This document shows, in pieces, positions 17,155 to 24,104 of a stretch of 61,867 nt of DNA (position 1 is its first letter; every line of letters starts with the position of its first letter). The position numbers and the translations under genes were made by a program. Source of the DNA: Halofilum sp. (in: g-proteobacteria) (GTDB lineage: Bacteria; Pseudomonadota; Gammaproteobacteria; XJ16; Halofilaceae); the NCBI GenBank assembly GCA_033721835.1, contig JAWWAE010000001.1, positions 1-61,867 of the forward strand, read 5' to 3'. Under the pieces are notes generated by a model that was not told the origin of the DNA, did no database searches, and saw only the letters and a program-made list of their open reading frames with translations.

Positions 17155-19659
17155 GTGAGCACGGATTCCCAGCTGCCCCTGAAGGACGTCAGGGTGGTCG
17201 ATTTCGGCCAGTACATGGCCGGGCCTGCGGTCGCCATGGTGCTGGCCGATCTCGGCGCGACCGTGGTACACGTCGACCCGCCCGCCGGGCCGCTGTGGCA
17301 CGAGGCCGCCAACGCCACGCTCAATCGCAACAAGCTGTGCGTGAACATCGACCTGAAGACGGAACAGGGCCTCGCGAGGGCCCACGCGCTGATCGCCGAG
17401 GCCGACATCGTCATCGAGAGCTTCCGCCACGGGGTGATGAAGCGGCTTGGCATCGATTTCGCCGCCTTGCGCGAGCAGCGCCCGGGGCTGATCACCCTGT
17501 CGATCCCGGGCTTCGCCTCGAACGATGCCCTGCGGCGCGACTGGCGCGCGTTCGAGAGCGTCGTCGCGGCGGCCTCCGGGATGTTCACCGACATGGGCCT
17601 CAACCGGGTGCTGATGGGGATCAACCCCTCGTTCTCGCCGCTGCCGCTCACCTCCGCCTACGGCGCCATGCTGGCGGCCTCGGCGGTGGTGCTGGCCCTG
17701 CAGGCCCGCGAGCAGACGGGGCTCGGCGACGAGATCGAGGTGCCGATGGCCTGCGCCCTGATGGAGGGGCTCTGCTACAACTCGATCCACGTCGACGGTA
17801 TGCCCGAGCGCTACAAGACCCAGCGCGAGCGGGAGATCGAGCATCGTCGCACGCTGGGCCAGCGGATGGACATGGGCTACGACGAGCTGCAGGAGCTGCT
17901 CGACCCGTTCTACCGCAGCTACAAGTGCAAGGACGGGCGCATGTTCTACATCGTCTGCCCCAGCCACAAGGGCCACGTGCGCCGCTGCCTGCAGGCGCTC
18001 GGGATCTACGACGATCTGGTTGCCGAGGGGTTGACCGAGGAGGAGGACACCTACCGGCCGACCGACGAGTGGGAGCACGACGTCTCGCTCGGGGTCTACC
18101 CGCTGCCCAAGGGCTGGGCCGACCACATCGCTGCCCGCATCAGGGACGTGATGCTCACGCGGACCTCGAGCCACTGGGAGAAGGTGTTCGGTAACGGCCG
18201 GTTCCCCGGCGCACCGCACCGCTGGCTTGAGGAGTGGCTCGAGGACCCGCACGCCCGTGCCGCCGGGCTGCTGGTCGAGGTCGACGACCCCGAGTACGGG
18301 CCGATGACCCAACCGGGGCCGATGGTTTGGCTGGAGGAGAGCGGCCGGGAGATGCTGGCACCGCGGCCGCGGCGCCGGGTGGAGTTCGACGAAGCGCTCG
18401 CGGCCCTGGCCGCGATCGAGCGGGAAATCCCTGCCGTGGCGACGCCGGATTCGGCCGCCGGCTGGCTGGAGGGGGTCCGCATCCTCGACCTGTGCAACGT
18501 CATCGCGGGCCCGCACTCGGTGACCTATCTCGCGCGTTTCGGCGCCGAGGTAATCAAGCTCGACCCCGCGCACCCGCTCTACGACTGCTGGAACATGGTG
18601 GTCTACGGGTTGACGCACCTGCGCTCCAAGCGCTCGCTGTTGACCGACATCACCAAACCCGAGGGGCGGGAGATCCTCGAACAACTGGTCAAGTCGGTCG
18701 ACGTCGTGGTCTGGAACGCGACCGACCGGCAGGTGCAAAAGATGGGGCTCGACGCCGAGGGCCTGCGGGCGATGAACCCCGATGCGATCTTCTGCCAGCT
18801 CGATTGCTTCGGCGGCGTGAACAAGGGCCCGCGCAGCGACTACCTCGGTTACGACGACCTGGTGCAGGCGGCAACCGGAATCATGCTGCGCTTCGGCGGC
18901 GGTATGGACACGCCCGAGGAGCACGCCCATGTCGGTACCATCGACGTCATGTGTGGCTTCGGCGCCGCGCTCGGCGTAGCCGCCGCGCTCTACCAGCGGC
19001 ACCGGACCGGCGTCGCCGGGCGTGCGCGGACCTCCCTGTCGGCGCTCAGCGGGCTGGCGCAGCTGCCCTTCTGTCTCGACTACGAGGGCCGTGGCCCGTT
19101 CGACGAGCCGTCCGGCCGCGAAGCCAACGGCTTCAACGAGCTGATCCGCTTCTACCACGCCTCGGACCAGTTCATCCTGCTGCACGCCTACGAGGACGAC
19201 CTCGAGCGCTTCGAGCGGATCCCGGAGATGCGCGGCTTCTCCGCGCTCGAGCGGACCGAACGGGCCGAGTTCCTGGCGCAGGTGTTTCCGCTGCACCGGG
19301 CCGCGGACTGGGTCGAGCGCCTGCAACGGGTGGGGATCGGCGCCGCGGTCTGCGAGACGCTGGAGACCATCCGGGCCGAGGCCAGCCGGGCCGCCGATGG
19401 CGGCACCGGCATCGACCGCGGCAGCTATTCATTTTCGGTGCACGACGACCATCCGAGCGGGCACCGCGTCACCCAGCTCGATCCGTATGCCATTCGCCCG
19501 GCCCGTGGCCGGATCCACGCCCTCAGGCCGGCAGAGAAGTACGGCACCTCGACCCGTGCGGTGCTGCGCGAGCTCGGTTACCCGGACGCCGCGATCGACG
19601 CGCTGATCGAGGCCGGGGTCGTCTCGGAGAGCTACGGCCGCGACTACCTGCCGGCGTAG
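17155..19659 (+). CDS. dddD: Double-domain class III (CaiB/BaiF) CoA-transferase, DddD-like
   Basis: 834 aa with two CaiB repeats (VVDFGQYMAGP; ILDLCNVIAGP) and GYDD; resembles Marinomonas DddD over its length from memory (FTDMGLNRVLMGINPSFSPLPL, TPEEHAHVGT); substrate uncertain. Confidence 0.7.
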   Translation: MSTDSQLPLKDVRVVDFGQYMAGPAVAMVLADLGATVVHVDPPAGPLWHEAANATLNRNKLCVNIDLKTEQGLARAHALIAEADIVIESFRHGVMKRLGIDFAALREQRPGLITLSIPGFASNDALRRDWRAFESVVAAASGMFTDMGLNRVLMGINPSFSPLPLTSAYGAMLAASAVVLALQAREQTGLGDEIEVPMACALMEGLCYNSIHVDGMPERYKTQREREIEHRRTLGQRMDMGYDELQELLDPFYRSYKCKDGRMFYIVCPSHKGHVRRCLQALGIYDDLVAEGLTEEEDTYRPTDEWEHDVSLGVYPLPKGWADHIAARIRDVMLTRTSSHWEKVFGNGRFPGAPHRWLEEWLEDPHARAAGLLVEVDDPEYGPMTQPGPMVWLEESGREMLAPRPRRRVEFDEALAALAAIEREIPAVATPDSAAGWLEGVRILDLCNVIAGPHSVTYLARFGAEVIKLDPAHPLYDCWNMVVYGLTHLRSKRSLLTDITKPEGREILEQLVKSVDVVVWNATDRQVQKMGLDAEGLRAMNPDAIFCQLDCFGGVNKGPRSDYLGYDDLVQAATGIMLRFGGGMDTPEEHAHVGTIDVMCGFGAALGVAAALYQRHRTGVAGRARTSLSALSGLAQLPFCLDYEGRGPFDEPSGREANGFNELIRFYHASDQFILLHAYEDDLERFERIPEMRGFSALERTERAEFLAQVFPLHRAADWVERLQRVGIGAAVCETLETIRAEASRAADGGTGIDRGSYSFSVHDDHPSGHRVTQLDPYAIRPARGRIHALRPAEKYGTSTRAVLRELGYPDAAIDALIEAGVVSESYGRDYLPA

Positions 19660-19863
19660 CACTGCAGCGGCGGGATCCCTGCAATCACGGTGACCGGCCC
19701 GTGGATCACGCTGCCATGCGCCTCGTCGTGACGGCCTCCGCGCGTGGAAATTTCCGCGCGAATCCTTCAACGTGTACGGGATCCTTCGTCACCCCGTCGC
19801 CCACGACCGCCGCCGGCACCATGGTGGCCGGAGCGTGGGCGGGCCACCGAGAGCGCGACCGCA

Positions 19864-20775
19864 GTGCACCATCATTCCGGCCATTCCCATGGGCACGGCT
19901 TCGGCACGGACCGCCGGCGGGTACTGCTCGCGATGCTGCTGACGGGCGGCTTCATGCTGGTCGAGGTCGTCGGCGGGCTCGTCGCCGGCTCCCTGGCGCT
20001 GCTGGCCGATGCCGCCCACATGCTGACCGACACGGTCTCGCTCGGGCTGGCCTGGGTCGCCTTTCGCCTCACCGATCGGCCCGCGGACGACCGCCGCACC
20101 TTCGGCTATCACCGGTTTCCGGTGCTGGCCGCCTTCCTCAACGGCATCGTCCTGGTCGCGGTCGTCGCCTGGATCGCGTTCGAGGCGGTGCAGCGCCTGC
20201 TCGAGCCGGCGCCGGTGCTGGGTGGCACGATGGCCGCGATCGCGGTCCTCGGCCTGCTGGTGAACGTGGTGGCGTTCGCCATCCTGCACGGCGGCAGTCG
20301 CGACAACCTGAACATGCGCGGTGCGGCGCTGCACGTGCTCGGCGACCTGCTGGGCTCGGTCGCGGCGCTGGCGGCCGCGATCGTGATCCTGCTCACCGGC
20401 TGGACCCCGGTCGACCCGCTGCTGTCGCTGCTGGTCGGCGCGATTGTGCTCCGCGGGGCCTGGTCGCTGCTGCGGCACTCGACCCACGTCCTGGTCGAGG
20501 GGGCCCCCGCCCACATCGACCCGGAGGAGGTGGCGCGCCTGATCCCGCGTCAGGTCGAGGGCGTGGACGAGGCCCACCACGTGCACGCCTGGTCGCTGGC
20601 GCCGGAGCGGCCGATGATGAGCCTGCACGTGCGGGCCACCGGCGAGGTCGAGCACGATCGCCTGGTCGCGGCGGTGAAGCAGCTGCTGAAGGAGCGCTTC
20701 GGCGTCGATCATGTCACGCTGCAGGTCGAGTACGGGGACGAGTGCATCGACCACAGGCTGGGACGGGAGCGATGA
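19864..20775 (+). CDS. Cation diffusion facilitator (ZitB/CzcD-like)
   Basis: His-rich N-terminus, SLALLADAAHMLTD, NMRGAALHVLGDLLGS, HVTLQVE. Confidence 0.93.
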   Translation: MHHHSGHSHGHGFGTDRRRVLLAMLLTGGFMLVEVVGGLVAGSLALLADAAHMLTDTVSLGLAWVAFRLTDRPADDRRTFGYHRFPVLAAFLNGIVLVAVVAWIAFEAVQRLLEPAPVLGGTMAAIAVLGLLVNVVAFAILHGGSRDNLNMRGAALHVLGDLLGSVAALAAAIVILLTGWTPVDPLLSLLVGAIVLRGAWSLLRHSTHVLVEGAPAHIDPEEVARLIPRQVEGVDEAHHVHAWSLAPERPMMSLHVRATGEVEHDRLVAAVKQLLKERFGVDHVTLQVEYGDECIDHRLGRER

Positions 20776-21542
20776 GCGGGCGGATCGAGCTGCCGGCGGG
20801 GCTGGAGCTGGTCGTCCTCGAGCGGGCGGCGGGCGCGCGTGACGAGGCCGTCCGCCGCGCGCGGGACGGTGCCGAGGAGGGGACCCTGGTATGGGTGCAC
20901 CACGTCGACGACCCGCGGGCGCGGGCCGGGCGCGCCTGGATCGTCGGCCAGGCACCCGGATTGCACGCCGCGCTGGTGCTGCGGCCCGGCCTGCCGGCGC
21001 GCGACTGCGCGCAACTGGGTCCGGTGGCGGCAATTGCGCTCGGTCGTGCCCTCTCCACCGTAGTCGAGCCGATGACGGAGCTGCACTACCGCTGGCCCAA
21101 CGACGTGCTGCTCGACGGCGGCAAGGTCGCCGGGGTCTGGCTCGACGGCGAGGGCGATGCTGACTGCATCGATTGGCTGGTCGTGTCGTGGGCAGTCAAC
21201 ACGGAGGCGACTCCGGAATCGCTCGGCTTCGACGCCGCGGCCCTGCAGTCGGACGGGGCGGCCGGCGCGGTCGACCACGCGGCGCTGCTGCAGGCCGTGG
21301 CCCGCGAGCTGGTGTCGGCGATCGGGACCTGGGACGAGGCCGGTTTCGAGCCGCTGCTGAAGAGCTGGCGCGGCCGGCTCGCTCTCGGCGGTGCGATCCA
21401 CCTGGACCTCGGCGACGGTAACCACGTGGCAGGTATCGCCGAGGCACTGGACGAAGACGGTGGGCTGTCCGTGCGCGCGAACGCCAGCGCGCACCGGGTG
21501 ACGCTGGAGCGCTTCTTCGGGCTGCCGGAGGCCTCGCCGTGA
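20772..21542 (+). CDS. Biotin/lipoate protein ligase-like protein (BirA-like catalytic domain, degenerate motifs)
   Basis: GAEEGTLVW...RARAGRAW...YRWPNDVLLDGGKVAGV; C-terminal SH3-like LDEDGGL; ATGA overlap with the CDF gene. Confidence 0.82.
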   Translation: MSGRIELPAGLELVVLERAAGARDEAVRRARDGAEEGTLVWVHHVDDPRARAGRAWIVGQAPGLHAALVLRPGLPARDCAQLGPVAAIALGRALSTVVEPMTELHYRWPNDVLLDGGKVAGVWLDGEGDADCIDWLVVSWAVNTEATPESLGFDAAALQSDGAAGAVDHAALLQAVARELVSAIGTWDEAGFEPLLKSWRGRLALGGAIHLDLGDGNHVAGIAEALDEDGGLSVRANASAHRVTLERFFGLPEASP

Positions 21543-21841
21543 GCGCCGCGGCAATGGTCCACTGCCGGCAGCCGGATTGCGGGGCGCGCGTCATTCACGA
21601 GCACGCGGGCGGTGACTACGGGCTCGAGGACATCCCGGAGCTGTTCCAGCTCGGACGCCTCGTGCCCGACCCGGAGGGCCGTGAGTGTATCGCCCTGAGC
21701 GCGGGCGAGATCCGCGAGCTCAAGGTCCTTGCCGATGCCTACAGCTTCGATTTCGAGCCGGGCCTGATCGAGCTCTGCCTCGAGCTGCACCGCTTCGCGC
21801 AGGACCGCCACGAACGCGAGTTCGTGTTCGTCCAGTCCTGA
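21539..21841 (+). CDS. Hypothetical protein (100 aa)
   Basis: GTGA overlap with the upstream gene, normal codon usage, ends before the terminator hairpin. Confidence 0.7.
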   Translation: MSAAAMVHCRQPDCGARVIHEHAGGDYGLEDIPELFQLGRLVPDPEGRECIALSAGEIRELKVLADAYSFDFEPGLIELCLELHRFAQDRHEREFVFVQS

Positions 21842-21860
21842 GTCTCGTCGATGGCCCGGA

Positions 21861-21893
21861 AAGAAAAACGGCGCGGCTCTCGCCGCGCCGTTT
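21861..21893 (-). terminator. Rho-independent terminator after the fdh operon (possibly bidirectional)
   Basis: aaacggcgcggc-tctc-gccgcgccgttt with an A-tract on the left, between convergent genes. Confidence 0.75.
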
Positions 21894-21914
21894 CATCGCG
21901 CCCGGTGCGGGCGT

Positions 21915-23015
21915 CTAGCGTTCCGGAGCGGCGGGTCCGTGGGCCGGGCCACCGGCCGGGCTGCGGTCGGGCTCCGGCGCATCCCCCTGGCCGCTGGCGC
22001 GGATCTCGTCGAGCCACTCGTCATGGTGCTCCCGCGCCCACTCCTCGCTGACGTAGCCGGTGGTCATGCCCTCGAGCGCGCCCTTGGCGCCGATCACGCC
22101 GAGGTAGATGTGACCGAAGGAGATCGCGATCCAGAGGATTGCCAGCACGGCGTGCAGCAGGTTCGCGATCTGCATGGTCTCGCGGCTCTGACCGAAGTTC
22201 GGGAAATCGAGGATCAGGCCGGTGGTGCAGACCACGCCGAGGCCGATGATGATCACGAACCAGTACCAGGCCTTCTCGCCGCCGTTGAGCTTGCCGGCCG
22301 AAACGTGCTTGCCGGTGAATATGCCGCCGCCCTTCTTGAACCACTCGAGGTCGGTCTTGGTGAAGATGTTGTTGCGCACCCAGGTCAGCAGCATGAGCAG
22401 CACGCCGACCGTGAAGAATGGCCCCACAACGTTGTGCAGCCACTTGGATACCTCCGCCCAGACCGAGAAGCCCTGGTAGCCCAGCAGCGGGATCAGCACG
22501 GCGCGGCCGAACAGCAGGCTCAGGCCGGTGATGGCGAGGATGATGAAGGTGACGGCGACGAACCAGTGCATCGCCCGTTCCCAGCCGGCCCAGCGCTTGA
22601 CCTTGCGCCCGGACAGTGGACCCTTCAATTCGTGCGGGCCGACGATCAGGTACAGTGCTCCGAGGACCAGCAGGGAGGCCGCCATGAACCAGGGCATGAT
22701 GCTCGCGACCGGGCCGTTGCGCAGGTTGCGCCAGTTCTCGCCGCCGTTGATGATCAGCTCGTTGACCACGTACGGACCTGAGGCAGACGTATAGCCCTCG
22801 TTGGCCCGGCGTGCCGAGCCCCAGGTGTCGGCACGCGGATTCTCCTGCTCCCAGTTGTCCGCGGTCTGCTGCGCGTACGCCGCGGGCGCGACCGCGACGT
22901 ATAGGTAGCCACTGAGCGGCGCGACCATCGCACCGATCAGGATGACCGCCAGGCTCCAGCCGAGCACCCTTGCATGCGCCCGCCGGCTCTTTTGACTGGC
23001 CTTGCTCATGGCCAT
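21915..23015 (-). CDS. Formate dehydrogenase gamma subunit (cytochrome b556, FdnI-like) with N-terminal extension
   Basis: ERAMHW...ITGL, KWLHN, AGKLNGGEK, HIYLG...GMTTGYVSEEWAREHH. Confidence 0.93.
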   Translation of the reverse strand: MAMSKASQKSRRAHARVLGWSLAVILIGAMVAPLSGYLYVAVAPAAYAQQTADNWEQENPRADTWGSARRANEGYTSASGPYVVNELIINGGENWRNLRNGPVASIMPWFMAASLLVLGALYLIVGPHELKGPLSGRKVKRWAGWERAMHWFVAVTFIILAITGLSLLFGRAVLIPLLGYQGFSVWAEVSKWLHNVVGPFFTVGVLLMLLTWVRNNIFTKTDLEWFKKGGGIFTGKHVSAGKLNGGEKAWYWFVIIIGLGVVCTTGLILDFPNFGQSRETMQIANLLHAVLAILWIAISFGHIYLGVIGAKGALEGMTTGYVSEEWAREHHDEWLDEIRASGQGDAPEPDRSPAGGPAHGPAAPER

Positions 23016-23075
23016 TACCGCCTCCCCGCCTGCAGGTACCCGGCGCCGCGTGGCGCCGGTACCCGGCTGGTACTG

Positions 23076-23270
23076 TTATTGATAGGCCCCACCGTACGTC
23101 CGCAGGCGCTGCTTGAGTTCGCGGGCCTGCTCGTCGGTGCGCGTCCTCTCCGCCTCGAGCCGGTCGCCCTTGACCCAGGGCTCGGAGATCGGCTCGCAAC
23201 CCGCGAGCAGCCCGGCCAGGGCCAGCGCGATCAATCCTCTCGTGACGTGTCTCCGGCGCATGACCATCAT
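23076..23270 (-). CDS. Small lipoprotein in the fdh operon
   Basis: LLAGC lipobox; ATGA-coupled to the neighbouring lipoprotein. Confidence 0.7.
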   Translation of the reverse strand: MMVMRRRHVTRGLIALALAGLLAGCEPISEPWVKGDRLEAERTRTDEQARELKQRLRTYGGAYQ

Positions 23271-23461
23271 CGATCCTCCGCGGCGGTCCGGAAGCGTTCC
23301 TCCAGGGCCGACTGCAGATCGGAGGTCTGCAGCTTGTCACGCAACGGGTCCTCGCTGCCCTTGTACACGCCCGGCTCGTACTGCCGGGGCGTGGCGGTCT
23401 CGTAGCAGCCCGCCAGCGTCACCGTCGCGATCGCCGCGACCGCGAGTGCCTTCCACCTCAT
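23267..23461 (-). CDS. Small lipoprotein in the fdh operon
   Basis: MRWKALAVAAIATVTLAGC lipobox, YEPGVYKG; GGGAG RBS. Confidence 0.75.
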   Translation of the reverse strand: MRWKALAVAAIATVTLAGCYETATPRQYEPGVYKGSEDPLRDKLQTSDLQSALEERFRTAAEDR

Positions 23462-23485
23462 TGCCGTCTCCCTAGTCAGTGGCAC

Positions 23486-24076
23486 TCAGACGCCTTCGCC
23501 GTAGGCCTTCTGCCAGCCCCAGGTATCCGGCCGGCCGGAGCGCTTCATGACCCGTGAGAGATAGATGTCGGCGACGAGGTCACCGTCGCCCGCCAGCAAC
23601 GCCTTGGTCGAGCACATCTCGGCGCACGCGGGCAGCTTGCCCTCGGCGACCCGGTTGGCGCCGTACTTCTCGTACTCGGCATTGGAGTTGTCCTCCAGCG
23701 GGCCGCCGGCGCAGAACGTGCACTTGTCCATCTTGCCGCGGACGCCGAACGCCGCCTGCTCGGGGAACTGCGGTGCCCCGAACGGGCAGGCGTAGAAGCA
23801 GTAGCCGCAACCGATGCACAGGTCCTTGTCGTGCAGCACGATGCCGTCGTCGGTGGTGTAGAAGCAGTCCACCGGACAGACCGCGGCGCACGGGGCGTCG
23901 GTGCAATGCATGCAGGCGACCGAGATCGACTTCTCGCCGGGCTGGCCATCATTCAGCGTGATGACACGCCGCCGATTGACGCCCCACGGGACCTCGTTCT
24001 CGTTCTTGCACGCCGTTACGCACGCGTTGCACTCGATGCAGCGCTCCGCGTCGCACAGAAACTTCATTCTTGCCAT
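23486..24076 (-). CDS. Formate dehydrogenase iron-sulfur (beta) subunit
   Basis: Four 4Fe-4S motifs (CIECNAC, CMHC, CIGCGYC, CTFC). Confidence 0.95.
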   Translation of the reverse strand: MARMKFLCDAERCIECNACVTACKNENEVPWGVNRRRVITLNDGQPGEKSISVACMHCTDAPCAAVCPVDCFYTTDDGIVLHDKDLCIGCGYCFYACPFGAPQFPEQAAFGVRGKMDKCTFCAGGPLEDNSNAEYEKYGANRVAEGKLPACAEMCSTKALLAGDGDLVADIYLSRVMKRSGRPDTWGWQKAYGEGV

Positions 24077-24104
24077 GGTGATTCTCCTCCCCGGTCCCGG
24101 TCAC

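Noticed and set aside
18234-21542. 1102-aa ORF suggesting a giant fusion protein
   Set aside because: The N-terminal part is an off-frame Arg/Gly/Ala-rich shadow of the CoA-transferase and CDF genes; only 20772-21542 is a plausible gene
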